From Rhizaria sp. SCN 62-66 (Eukaryota), in contig MEDY01000010.1 of the NCBI GenBank assembly GCA_001724265.1, positions 62,001 to 126,000 on the forward strand: 64,000 nucleotides of DNA. The letters are read 5' to 3'. Under the pieces are notes generated by a model. It ran no database searches and was not told the DNA's origin. It was given only the letters and a program-made list of their open reading frames with translations. The first letter of the stretch is position 1. Every line of letters begins with the position of its first letter. Shown piece after piece: positions 1 to 12,100 of the stretch. A program made the position numbers and the translations under genes.

Positions 1-953
1 GGGCTGCTGGCGGCGCTGCCATCGCGGCTGCCGCTGCTGCTGCCGGGAGCCGCAACCGCGCTGGACGAGGCCGCGTGCGGCGTGGCGCTCTACCTCAGCA
101 AGCGCGGCGACCTCTCGCGGCAAGCGCGGCACCGCGTTGTGGCGGCGCTGCTCAGCACCGTCACCACGGGCTACGGCGCCGCGGACCTGCCCCCGCTCAC
201 GGTTACCGCGGCGGACATGGAGCACGCTGCGCAGTCGGCCGAGGCGACCGTGGTCAACGTGCTGCGGGCCACGCCGGGCAACGCCACGGCTGCGCTGCCC
301 GCCAGCGACGCCGCCGCGCTGCTGCCGGTCGCCCTGTGGGCCGCGGTGCCCACGGACGCCGTCGCCGCACTGCTGCAGCGCGGCGAGCGTGCGCTCTCTG
401 AAAGCGCGGACCACAGCGCTTACCACGACGACAGCGGGGACGCCGTCGCTGCGGCTGTGCCTGGGGGTGGGCTGGCTTTGGAAGCGACGCGCGTACTCGT
501 CGCCTCGATCCGCTCGACGACATCCACCGCCAACAACCACAGCCATGGCCACGGCCACAATAACAACAACAACAGCAACAACGCTGCTGGCGCTGCGCAT
601 GACAGCGCTGCCCACAGCAACCCGATTGCCAACGCGTCTCTGGTGTCCAACTCCGCGCTGGTCTCGCTGACGGCGCTGGAGAAGGCCCTCGCGCGCGGCG
701 CCGACGCGCTCAAGACGCAGGTCGGCTTGCTGATGCCAGTCGCGGTCATGCGCGTGGGCGCGCCGTCCCTCGGCGCGCTGCTTGCGCCTGACGCCACGAC
801 CGGAGGCGGCGGCACGCCTGCTGCGACGCATGGGGCTGGCGAAGGAGAGAGTCTGGGCGATAAGGCCAAGGCGCTGTTCTCGAAGTTCAAACACCGGAAT
901 CAGCCGCAGCAGCACAACGAAGCTCGCGCTCATGAACAACAACAACAGCAATC

Positions 954-1003
<50 letters not shown>

Positions 1004-1089
1004 AACAAGCTCAGACAGAGACGCAGAGTGACGCCGGCAAGGTTGTGAATGCGGCCAAGGAGAAGTTGAAGAACTGGTTCAAGTGGTAA
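1..1089 (+). CDS. 3' part of a hypothetical Ala-rich protein with polyQ and His/Asn tracts (5'-truncated by window)
   Basis: Frame 1 is open from base 1 to TAA at 1087-1089 with GC-rich coding-type codons, then an abrupt switch to AT-rich spacer; ends ...AKEKLKNWFKW. No family recognised. Confidence 0.8.
937..1008 (+). repeat. CAA/CAG trinucleotide repeat encoding polyQ
   Basis: Directly visible CAA/CAG run interrupted once by TCC. Confidence 0.95.
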
Positions 1090-1527
1090 ATGAAACGTAC
1101 TCGAGCTTGCAGTGTAACACTTCATGTTTTTTACAAATTAAGATTGATTCGGGTAATTCCATTGAAATGATAGACTTTCATATGTACTTCTATGTTAACA
1201 CTTTTCACATTTAAATAATACATTTTTATTTTCATATCTCTTCATTTTGAACCACGGCTCATTTTTGCTATTTTTGTCGTAAGCATCAGGCCACAGGTCG
1301 TCAATAGGAAGCTAGAAGAGAGAGAGCCTTTCTGAAAGTGAGATTGCATCTAAAGTTTTGATTCTTGATTTACGACTCACAACATCCGTGACGTACAGTG
1401 TTGTTACGATACCCAGTGCATATTTAATCTACAATTTACAGATATATTATATACACTCGTAAATAACTCAATCATAACCGTGTACACCTTGATTACAATC
1501 CGACCCACGCAGATTTCCGTTCCGGTC

Positions 1528-3243
1528 ATGTCTTCTTCCTCCGCCGCCCCCGCGGCGGCTGCCACCACCCCCGCCCTCGCTGCCGCTTCCGCCGTGCCGC
1601 AGGAGACCCCTCTCCCCATTCTTGCGCCGAAGCCCCCTGCGAAGATCGACTCGATGGGCCCGCACAACAACATGGTGGATGCACTGCTCACAGATCTCTA
1701 CCAGATCACGATGGCCTACGCCTACTGGAAGTCTGGCCGCCACAACGACGACTCCGTGTTCGAGCTCTTCTTCCGCAAGAACCCATTCGAGGGCGAATTC
1801 ACCGTTTTTGCCGGGCTCGACGACGTGCTGCGCTTCGTCAACACCTTCGGCTTCTCGGCCGAGGACTGCGCCAACCTGGCTGAGCGTTTCCCCACCTGGG
1901 ACAAGGCCTTCTGGGGTTATCTCCAGTCGCTCTCAGCCAAGGACATCAAGCTCTACGCCATCAAAGAGGGCTCTATCGTGTTCCCGCGCATCCCGCTGCT
2001 GCGCGTCGAGGGCCCGATCGCGATCTGCCAGCTCATGGAGACGACGCTGCTCGTGTTGTGCAACTACGCGTCGCTGCTCACCACCAACGCCGCGCGCCAC
2101 CGCCTCGCCGTGGGGCCCAGCAAGACGCTGCTCGAGTTCGGCATGCGCCGCGCACAGGGCCCCGACGGCGCGATGTCCGCGAGCCGCTACTCGTACATGG
2201 GCGGCTTCGATGGTACGTCCAACGTCAAGGCCGCCATCATGTTCTCGCTCGCTATGTCGGGCACGCACGCGCATTCGTTCGTCGCCGCCTTCTCCTCGCT
2301 CTCCGAGGTGTCCGTGAGCACGCTTGAGCACGCGCAGACGGGCGAGAAGGTCGAGTTCCTGGCCAAGGTGCTCGATTACCGCGCCAAGCTCAACCGCCCC
2401 AACACAAACTCTGGCGAGCTCGCCGCCTTCGTCTCCTACGCGCAGGCCTTCCCCACGGCCTTCCTCGCGCTCATCGACACCTACGACACGCTGCAGTCCG
2501 GACTGTGGAACTTCCTCGCCGTCTCCCTGGCGCTCAACGACCTCGGCTACAAGCCGCGCGGGCTGCGCCTCGACTCGGGCGACTTAGCGTACCTTTCCCG
2601 CCGCTGCCGCGCTGCCTTCGTTGACGTGTCGGCGCAGTTCGGCGTCGCGTTCGAGAAGCTGACGATTGTGGCGAGCAACGACCTGAGCGAGAAGATCCTG
2701 TGGGCGCTCAAGGAGCAGGGCCACGAGATCGACTCGTTCGGTATCGGCACCAACCTCGTTACGTGCTCGATCCAGCCAGCGCTGGGCGGCGTGTACAAGC
2801 TCGTCGAGGTCAACGGCAACGCGCGCATGAAGATTTCGCAGGACCACGCCAAGGTGACGATCCCGGGCCGCAAGGCGGCCTTCCGCCTCTTCTGCCAGAT
2901 GGGCCAGCCCATCCTGGACTACATGCAGCACGCCTCAGCCGCGCCGCCGCAGGCCGGTGACCGCGTGCTGTGCCGCCACCCGTTCGACGCCAACAAGCGC
3001 GTTTACGTGACGCCCTCGCGTGTGGAGCCGCTGCACGATCTGGTGTGGGACGGCGCGCTTACGGCGCCGCTCGAGGACCTCGACGTGCGCCGTGCGCGCG
3101 TGACGCAGCAGCTGACCGACATCCGCGAGGACTACCTGCGCCGGATCAACCCCACGCCGTACAAGATCTCGCTCTCGCCGGAGCTCTTCACCTACATGCA
3201 CGACCTCTGGCTCCACGAGTCCCCCATCGTCGAGATTAACTAA
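1528..3243 (+). CDS. NAPRT: Nicotinate phosphoribosyltransferase, intronless, 571 aa
   Basis: Motifs LLTDLYQITMAYAYW, FELFFRKNPF, EFGMRRAQG, GTHAHSFV, LIDTYDTL, RLDSGDL, FGIGTNLVTC, ALGGVYKLVE, KVTIPGRK. ATG at 1528 chosen because the upstream part of the ORF is AT-rich and non-coding-like; TAA stop. Confidence 0.97.
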   Translation: MSSSSAAPAAAATTPALAAASAVPQETPLPILAPKPPAKIDSMGPHNNMVDALLTDLYQITMAYAYWKSGRHNDDSVFELFFRKNPFEGEFTVFAGLDDVLRFVNTFGFSAEDCANLAERFPTWDKAFWGYLQSLSAKDIKLYAIKEGSIVFPRIPLLRVEGPIAICQLMETTLLVLCNYASLLTTNAARHRLAVGPSKTLLEFGMRRAQGPDGAMSASRYSYMGGFDGTSNVKAAIMFSLAMSGTHAHSFVAAFSSLSEVSVSTLEHAQTGEKVEFLAKVLDYRAKLNRPNTNSGELAAFVSYAQAFPTAFLALIDTYDTLQSGLWNFLAVSLALNDLGYKPRGLRLDSGDLAYLSRRCRAAFVDVSAQFGVAFEKLTIVASNDLSEKILWALKEQGHEIDSFGIGTNLVTCSIQPALGGVYKLVEVNGNARMKISQDHAKVTIPGRKAAFRLFCQMGQPILDYMQHASAAPPQAGDRVLCRHPFDANKRVYVTPSRVEPLHDLVWDGALTAPLEDLDVRRARVTQQLTDIREDYLRRINPTPYKISLSPELFTYMHDLWLHESPIVEIN

Positions 3244-3861
3244 GCGCGAGCGCGAGCGAGATTTGCTCAACAATAGTCAGACGGTGGGATGTTAATGTCG
3301 TTCCGGCTCAAGAACGTTGTACATGCGAGGTGTTGTTGAACACGCGCGTGTACAGTTTTTGCTGATGTCTATTTTTTTTAAAGTAGTTTTTGTACTTTTG
3401 TGATTGATTGTTGTTCTAGACACTAACGCAATGTGCGACTTGGGTTGGAGAGTGTTTGCAGTCGTTTGTCATGTCGTTTTCTTCGTGTCTCCCTTTTTTG
3501 TTTGCTTCATGGTAACCAGACGAAGCTATTTTCGTTCCTTGTTTTTCGCTGTACTTGCTGATCCCACCCATTTCTCTGTCCATTGATCTGTGCTCATTTC
3601 TAAACTTCCATATACACATGTTTTTTTTTTGACGAATTTGAAGAATTGAATATGTAAAATTATCGGTATAAAAAGAAGACTATGTATAGAAAGAAAACGC
3701 CTATGATCATCACAACACATATCAATGGCTATTGGAGTGACTCAAACAAGGCTCAACAGACCTAGACTGGCCCCTCTGCAAGGCTTTTGCACTTCGCACT
3801 CACTCCATCCAACCCATTCTGACTGTAACTCTGGCAGTGGCCATTGCTGTTCACAGCTCGC

Positions 3862-6256
3862 TCACTGCATGTACACGACGTACTGCGGCAACTCCCCCGC
3901 GATGGCGCTCATGAAGATGCGGTCGTTGCCAGTCATGTGCGTGGCGTACTGGACCCAGATGTTGTTGCGGTCACCCATCTTATGCGATTCGAGCAGCTTG
4001 AACAGCATTTCGCGACGCAGGTTCATCGCAGCCTGCTGGTTGAAGATGAACGCTTGCGTGCCCTAAATAAAGCAATAACGAAATGATGAATTGAATCAGA
4101 ACGTGAGAAAGACGGTATACAATGAAGGAGACAAGAAACTACACCATTCAAAATTAAAAACACGTTGAATCATCACAATTTCAGTGTCGACAAGTTCGAG
4201 TTATATCGCATTTGCGTCTCTGTCACCACGTACCTGCTGCGGCCGGTAGCTAGACCCGGGGACCCAGAAGCCCTGCGACTTGAAGGCCGTTGTGTCGGTC
4301 CTATTGGCCCACAGCAGGGGCTTCTCGGCCGCGGGACCCTTGTCGCGCAGCTTCTTCATGCGCTTGATGTCGGCCATCTCCTGCTGCTTCGCCGTCGGCT
4401 TCGACGCCTCCGCGGACACCTCCGCCAAACTCTCACTGTTGCTGCCGCTCTCGCTCTCAGTCTGGCTGCCAGCTTCACGGTCGCTTTCGCTGTCACTGTC
4501 GTGGCTGTGGCGCAGCGCGGACTCGGCCGCGATCTCGGCCTCGATCGCGGCCAGCGCAGCGGCCTCGGCCTCCGCCTGCGCCTCCGCGGCCGCGTCGGCC
4601 CCGGACTGGGTCTCGGCCAGAGACGCCTCAGCAGCGTTGGCGTTAGAGCTGGAACCGATGGTGAATTCGTCCGCGTGGGCGCCGTAGACGTCACCACCGC
4701 TGCCCCAGCCAAGCCCACCGGTCATTGCACTGGCCCCTTCGCTCGCCCCAGCCTCAGCAGTGGCCTCAGCAGTGGCGGTGACGATGGCCTCGGTCTCGAG
4801 GAACGCGTTGGGCTTGCTAACGCCGCCCATGCCCTTGGCGGAGGCGGCGTTCTGCGCCTTCTGCGTCTCAAGCCGCTCCTTCTGCGCGGCCACACGCTTG
4901 TCCAGCGCCTCCTGATCGCCGCGGTGGCGCGGCGGCTGCGGGCGCGGTGCGCGGATGGCCTTCTGGAAGGCCTCGTCGTCGAGCATCTCGGCGACGGTGA
5001 GGACCGAGTGCACGTTCTCCTTGACGCAGCTAGCGCTGTTGCGTACGTCGAGGAAGGCCACCTCCTGGTGGTAGCCCTCGGAGACAATGACGCGGAGCCG
5101 GTGCGAGATGGGCCCGTCGACGCCGTGCACGTCGTCGCGCCAGAGCAGCTTGAAGAAAGCCTCGTGCGCCATGTGCACCACGGGCAGTGGCGTCACGAAG
5201 CGCTCGGGGAACTCCATCATCAGGCGGATGGGGAGGGACCCTGAGTGCGCGGGCTGCTTCAGTCCCTCGAGCACGGCGGCCTGGAGGAAGTCGGGGACGG
5301 CTGTTAGGTCGAGCGACTGCGTGCCGACGATGCCGTACTCGTGCCGCATCCACTGCGTGAGCTTGTACAGCGCGTGCACGTCCGTGGTGTAGTAGAAGGA
5401 CTCGTGCCCGCCGCGGCCGCGCGCGATGTCGAGCCACGCGAGCAGAAACTGGTCCGCGTCAACCTGCGTGAACGGCTTGCGCGCGCGCGCGGAGAGGAAA
5501 GCCATCACCTGGACGAACTCACCGAAGTCGCCGCCCCACGTGCGCGGCGAGCCCAGGTGCGACTGGCGGCCGTCGACGCAGGCGAAGGATGCCTGGTACG
5601 ACGACACGAGGCGGACGTCGTTGATGCTGCCGATGAGCCGCTTGAGGTACGGGATGGCCAGCTCGCGCGACGCCGCCACCGTGGTGTCGCGGTGTGTGCC
5701 GGGCTTGTAGAGCGTGATGCGGTGCGGCACTAGGCACTGCGAGTGTTCAAGCTGGCGTACGCGCTCGGGGACGTGGCAGAAGCAGGCCGCCTGCGCCTCG
5801 AGGCCCTTGAGGTCCAGGCGGATCACGCCACCCGCAATCGGTTCGATGTCGACTATAACGAAAATAAGATAAGCAAACAACATGACACAAATTGGTGAGA
5901 TGGAGCGGTGACCGAATGGACAGGTTTGGGATACGAAGGCTGCGATGGGATGGGGGAAGGGACGTACTGTGGGCGCTCTTGAAGAGGTTGTTGGAGGTAT
6001 CGGGGCGCGTGGGGTCGATGGCGTCGTAGTTGACCTCGGGGTCGTTGCCGCCCTCAAGGTCAGCGCCTGTGAAAGCGTCCGTGTCCGCGAAGGTGGCGGC
6101 GTCGGCGTCGGCCTCGGTCCCAGCCGCGGAGGCGAGGGCCGCGTCGGCGGCGGCGGCCACGTCGGCGGAGAACGCTGGCGACGCGCAGAACGCAACCAGC
6201 GCGAGAACAAGCGCCAGCCACGCCGCGCGAAAAGCGTGGCGAGGACGCTCGGTCAT
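3862..6256 (-). CDS. Signal-peptide protein with zeta/cadmium carbonic anhydrase-like domain, 3 exons, 702 aa
   Basis: Exons 6256-5968, 5852-4234, 4062-3862; introns GTACGT..TAG (115 and 171 nt) keep frame, total 2109 nt, TGA stop. N-terminal hydrophobic stretch AAWLALVLALVAFCASPAFSA; motifs CVDGR, GGDFGEF, FYYTTD, HSGSLPIRLM, AFFKLLW, EGYHQEVAFLDV, TQAFIFN. Gene model is firm, family assignment tentative. Confidence 0.65.
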
Positions 6257-6918
6257 CACACTGCTTGTTAGAATGGTGGCGGAGAGGGCAGAGAGGGTGA
6301 GCAAAGGCAAGGAGCACAAACATGGGTCAAACGAGTGCCTATCACGGTCAATAGTCCGTCAGCAGGCTTTTTGAAGAAAGAGTACAGTTAATAATAGCGG
6401 GGGTATACTATGCGTTATTTAAATTTCAAGAGGACTTCACAATGGTCCGTCTTCGTACGTAGAAGAAGGGGCTAGGTGGTAAGCTCTGCTGGAGTGTTGG
6501 CTGACTGGACCGAGAAATTGTGGTCGTCAAATTTTGTGTTCGCTCTCGAACGATGACAGTCAAATCGAGCTGTTGAAGGGCTCGATCTTGGCAACCCCAT
6601 TGTGAGTGTATTTCTGTCTAGAATAGCGGTTTGGATTATAAATCGAGTATAAACCTGGCTGTATTATGTTCTACGCCAAATGGATTATCGGACCGAGAGG
6701 GATATCAATGCCATATCTTGTTGTCCAAAGCAGCCTTTGGATGCACGAGGCGATTGCTCCATCTGCATGAGAATGACCGCTTCTGGGCATTAATAATCGA
6801 TGTTTCTACGATTCTAGTTTTTTCTTGAGTTGATTCTACTATAGTTACATCTTGATATTGTGCTTGTCTCTCACAACTCTTGCTTTATACCTGGATATTC
6901 GCCCCACAGGTTTCCACC

Positions 6919-8636
6919 ATGAGTGAGGACAAGAAGCAAATCGAGAACGTTTACGACGTCATTGAGAAGTCTGTGCCCGCTGAGACCCTCGGTGCGGTTC
7001 ATCAGCTCCTCTACGGCGGTGCCCCTGTCTATGGTGACATCCCTGCCGCGGCTAAGGAGCTTGCCGAGAAGGAGGACTTCGAGATCCGCTCTTACGTCAT
7101 CCCTTGCAAGGAGGAGCAGCGCCGCGCGCCCCGCCGCGTCAAGATCGCCGCGATCCAGAACCACATCTACGCCCCCACCACGGCCCCTGTCCACGAGCAG
7201 TACAAGGCCATCGAGGCTAAGGTACGTTTTTATCATCTTTTACCCACTTTATTCTGAAGCTGACTCAGTTGTGTTGCCGCCCTCATCCACCTCCTTCTGT
7301 CACCCACTCCCCCGATCTCCGACTCTCACCCTCTCCCCGCCGTAGATCGAGGTGATGCTCGACGCCGCCGCGGCCGCGGGCGCCAACATTGCCGTCCTGC
7401 AGGAGGCGTGGACGTGCCCCTTCTTCTTCTGCACGCGCGAGAAGTACCCCTGGCTGGAGCTGGCCGAGAACGCCGCCACGGGCGAGTCGGTCCAGTTCAT
7501 CCAGCGCAAGGCCAAGGAGCTCAACATGGTCATCGTCACCTCGATCCTCGAGATCGACGAGAACCACGCCGACACCATCTGGAACACCTGCGTCGTCATC
7601 TCCAACAAGTACGTCCCTGCCACTATCTATCACATCCCATCACATACATTCATGGGTCTGCTTCGCAACACAAGTCATGTTTTTGTGGACACGAACCTTT
7701 CACGATCAATATTTCACCACGAGCTCTAAATATGTCATCAAACTACACCCGGGCCAACGGGAAGTTTTATAATGCTCGACATTTTTACTTATCATCATCC
7801 TGATATTCTTTCCCGCTGTTCTTCCCTGCGACCTCTTCAGCGGCGGCATCATCGGCAAGACCCGCAAGTACCACATCCCGCGCGTCGGCGACTTCAACGA
7901 GTCGACCTACTACTTTGAGTCGCAGGACCCGGTCCAGCCTGTCTTCGAGACGGCGTTCGGCCGCATCGGTGTGTCGATCTGCTACTCTCGCCACTTTCCC
8001 CAGGCCTGGCAGTGTCTCGCGCTCAACGGCGCCGAGATCATCCTCAATCCCTCGGCCACCACCGACGGGCTCTCGGAGCCGCTGTGGTCGATCGAGGCGC
8101 GCAACGCCGCCATTGCCAACTCGGTCTTCACCGTCGGCATCAACCGCGTCGGATCCGAGACCTTCCCCAACGAGTACACATCCGGCGACGGCAAGCCCGC
8201 GCACAAGACCTTCGGCCACTTCTACGGCTCGTCCTACGTCGCCGGCCCCACCGGCATGCGCACGCCCGCGCTCTCTCGCACGCGCTCCGGCGTCCTGATC
8301 TCTGACGTCGACCTCAACCAGTGCCGCCAGGTCCGCAACACCTGGGGCTTTCACATGTGCGCGCGCTGGAAGGACTACGCCGAGTACGTCAAATTACACA
8401 ATGTTGTTATGCTAGAACGACATATTATCACGATATCTTTTTTTAGTTCTATTTCTATGCTTTAGAGCTGTAATGCTGTCAACATCAAACTCAATTCACA
8501 TCACAAAACTCATGATCACCTTTCCAATATCTTGTTGCTTAATCATTCCAGGTTCTACAACGCTCAGCTCAAGCCTGACTACAAGCTCCCCATCATCCGC
8601 GACCCCAGCCTCCCCGCCGTCAAGAAGGACGAGTAA
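6919..8636 (+). CDS. UPB1: Beta-ureidopropionase (beta-alanine synthase, nitrilase superfamily), 4 exons, 397 aa
   Basis: Exons 6919-7221, 7346-7608, 7841-8383, 8552-8636; three GTACGT..YAG introns. Spliced product has [41 protein letters not shown] (Glu-Lys-Cys triad), [45 protein letters not shown]. Confidence 0.97.
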
Positions 8637-9122
8637 GTGACAGAACAGACAGGTGCTGCCTTGTTTAACACATACTTCTCACTCTCTGACCGTCTCGTTG
8701 CTTCTTTTGCGCTTCCACATGCTTGAAAGCGCGTTTACATTTCTTGTCCCTGTCTGAACATCATTTGTCTGATTTGATTCGAGTTGGTCGTGTTTGAGTG
8801 ATGACGCGCTCTCTTGCCTGCACTGTACAGCTCAACCGAATGCTGTAGGCGAGTGACGAGTCGTCACTATTGTGGTTCGATTACGTGTTTTGTTTCAACT
8901 ACTGTAATTATTATTCTTTCTTTTCCTGTTTGTAACACACGTCGCTTGATTGTAAAGACAGCACATCAGCAATACATGGTATAACCTTTTGTTTACTTTC
9001 AACATCTGTTCGCATTTGCTCATGAAATGACATGACATAGAGGAAAATTCAATCAATGTATTTCGTATTTATATAACCTTATTTTAATTCAAAGTATCAT
9101 TTCTGCGCGTAATACAAGAATT

Positions 9123-12100
9123 TTAGATGTTGTACTCGACGAGACTGGCCTGCGCGAGCTGCGAGGCAATCGTGAGCACCTGCAGCCGCAGCGGCGCCTG
9201 CCGCAGCGCGCCCTTAAGCGTCTTGGGTACGACGATCCCCGCGGTGCTGATGTGGCTTTCGCGCGCCAGCGTCGCCGCGATCGCGCGCTTGCGCTCGGCG
9301 CGCGCGGCGGCCTCGGCGGCCTCGCGGCGCCCGCCCTCGCTCGCGCCGAAGTCATCGTCGTCATCGTCGTCGCCGTCGCGGCCGGTGTCCGAGGGCGTGC
9401 GCAGGCGGCGCCGCGTGACGAGCCGCTTCTGCAGCGGCCCGCGCCACAGCTCCGCCTCCTCGGCCGTCACGGACACATCACCGCGGCGGCGGCGCGCCTG
9501 CTGGCGCGTGTGGCCCTCGAGCACGGTGTGCGCGCGGGCGGCCGCGGCGCGCGCGTCGAAGGGGGCCAGCGTGAAGCTGCGGCCAGTCTCTTCGTCCGTG
9601 ATGCGGAACGTCAGCACTACGAACACGCGCTGCGCGGCCTCAGGCGCGTCCAGGCTGGCCAGCAGGCGCAGCTGCGCGTCGACCTCGGCGGCCGTGACGG
9701 GCGCTGTGTGAGAAAGCGAGAGTTTGTCGCCAGCGCCGGCGCCGGCACGAGAGCGGGCCTCGAGGGCGCGCGCGCGTGCGAGCGTGAGCAAGTCCGCCTC
9801 GTCTTCGTCGAGCACGTCCTCGCTCATGTCGAGCTCGTCGGCGGCCTCGGCCTCGGCGTCCAAGTCAGCGTCGACGTCGCCCAGAAGCTTGTGCTGCGCA
9901 GTAGCAGGCGCGGAGACAGCGGCACGAGAGCTACTGTCCGTGGGAGCGGCAGGCGGGGGAACAGAAGCAACCTCCGTGTTGACGGGCTCAGAGACAGCAG
10001 CAGGAGCGTTGGCGTCGTCCGCGTTGCTGCCCGTGACAGCGCTTGCAGACGCATCTGCGGAGTTAGCGTTCGGATCAACAACTCCGTCAGCGACAGGAGC
10101 CGCCTGATCAGCAGGGGCACTGGCGGCGTCAGACGCGGCGGCACTAGAGTCAGCGGCGGAAGGAACAGCGGCGTCAGTGTTGGCAGCAGCGGCATCAGCC
10201 TCGGGAGCCTTGGTCTGGTCACCACTCTCAACAGCAGCAGCAGCAGGCTCAGTAGACGCAGCGCCTGCGGCAGCATCGGCGGGAACAGCGGCGTCACCCT
10301 CAGGCCGCGCCTCAGCATCAGCCTTGGGAGCAGCCTCCGCACCGGCGTCGGCGGGCTTGGCCTCCGCGTCAGGGTTACCAGTTCCTGTAGGAACGGCGTC
10401 GGCCGGGGCAGCGGTAGCACTCTCAGCATCAGCGGGCACAGCGTCGGTCGCAAGGGCAGCATCAGCGGCCGTCCCGGCATCAGCAGAAACAGGTTCAGCA
10501 ACCATCATCTCAACAGTTGCTGGGGCCGGGGCAACGTCAGTCTTTTGCTCATCGCGGTCAGCAGTAACGCTCTCAGTCTTCGCAGCCTCTGCTGCAGCAG
10601 CGGGGGCCGCTTCAGCGTCCGCTTCGGCCTTGGCCTTGGCAGCAGCCCTGGCCGCGGCCGCGGCGGCCGCCCGGGCCTCAGCGCGCGCAGCCTTGCCAGC
10701 CGCGGCGGCGCGGCGCTTCCGGAGGATCGAGGCTGCGATTTGGCTATGGTGCGCGGCGGCCACGGCCTCGAGCGACAGCGCAGAGAAGGCGTGCAGCAGG
10801 AACGACGGCACCGCGACGGGCGCCGCGCTCTGCTGCTGCTGCTGCTGTTGCTGCTGTTGCGGGGGCTGTGGCAGGGCAGTGGTGGTGGAGTTGGGCGACG
10901 AAGAGGGCGGCGCGGGGCGGCGGCTGCGGTCGGTGGACTTGCGCGACAGCGTCCCCTGCTGCTGCTGCGGCTGCGCGGTGGTGGAGTGCGTGGCGGTGAC
11001 CGAGGGCGCGGTCGAGTACTGCGAGATGAGCGACGAGTCCAGCGCGCCGAGCCCGCGGCGCGTTGCCGCGCGCAGCAGCTTCGAGCCCGTGGGCGCAGCG
11101 TTATGGGCGCTGTGCGTGCTGCTGGGCTCGGCGTGGTGATGCGCCAAGTCGGCGTCGGTGAGAGACGACGAAACGAAGTCCACGAGCGAGTCGTCGCAGC
11201 CACCAGCAGCCGCAGCAGCAGCGTCGGTGGAGACGTTGACCGCTGCGTCCGAGTCGGCGTGCGCGTCGGTCGCGATCGCCTGCGTCGTCTGCGAGAACGA
11301 CGCGGCGAACCGCTGCGCGCGCGGGCCGGCCGCCGGGGCCGCAGCGGCGGTGGCGGCGCTGGCGGGCGGCGCGACAAACACGGGCAAGTCCTCCGTGGCC
11401 TCCTTGAGTAGCGCCATCGTAGTCGCGAACCCGGCCCCGGCGCCGCCGCGGACGCCGCCGCCGGTCACCGCGCCGCCCAGCGAGCTCGTGCCAGTCAGCC
11501 CGCCGGTGAGGTCGCCGGCGGCGGTGTCGTCGGGCGCGGTGGAGAGCGCGATGATGTGGAAGTCAACCGCGACTGACGCCGCGGCGGCGCGCTTGTTAAG
11601 CGCGCCGATGACCTGCGTGGCGTCATTGGGCCGACGCAGCAGCGCGAGCTCCAGCGGCGACGCGCCCAGCGCCGAAGACAGCACCGCGGCGTGCAGCGCC
11701 GAGGCCGAGGGCTGCGGCACGCGCATCGCGGCGGCCGCGGCGGCGTCGGCGGCGGCTAGCGCGGCCGTCGGCGACTGCCGCTGTCCGCCTCTGGACGACA
11801 GACCGCGGTTCGCGGCCGCCGCGCCGGTCGAGCCCGCGCCGCCGCCGGCCGCCGCGCCAGAGCCAGAGCTCGAGCCGGAGCCGGAGCCGGTGAGCAGACG
11901 GGGTGGGGTGAAGCCGCGCGGGGAGCTGCTGCCGGCGGCGTTGCCGGAGCGCGAGATCGACCGGGGGGACGACCGGGCCGCGGGCACGGCGCCGCTGCTG
12001 TTGCCGGCGATGGAGACGGTCCGGCCGCCGGGCAGGGGCGGGACAGGGCTATGCGAGCGACCGCTGCCGTTGCCGCTGGCGCCGGCGTTGCTGTTGCTGC

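Noticed and set aside
4201-4233. ORF-track C-terminus VRGDRDANAI and similar ORF extensions (1480, 13574, 17399, 29696, 37054, 37361, 43349, 45410)
   Set aside because: These are read-ins to introns or upstream non-coding DNA; splice-aware models explain them.
1528-8636. NAPRT and UPB1 as a metabolic gene cluster
   Set aside because: Different pathways (NAD salvage versus pyrimidine catabolism) separated by an unrelated gene; adjacency is probably chance.
8852-8868. Inverted repeat AGTGACGA-G-TCGTCACT between convergent genes
   Set aside because: Single short palindrome with a 1-nt spacer and no second copy; bacterial-type terminators are not relevant here.
9123-9640. Degenerate kinesin-motor-like strands (RVFVVLTFRI..SFTLAPFD, LKGALRQ..LQVLTI)
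   Set aside because: No P-loop, SSRSH or DLAGSE motif; the resemblance is too weak without a profile search.
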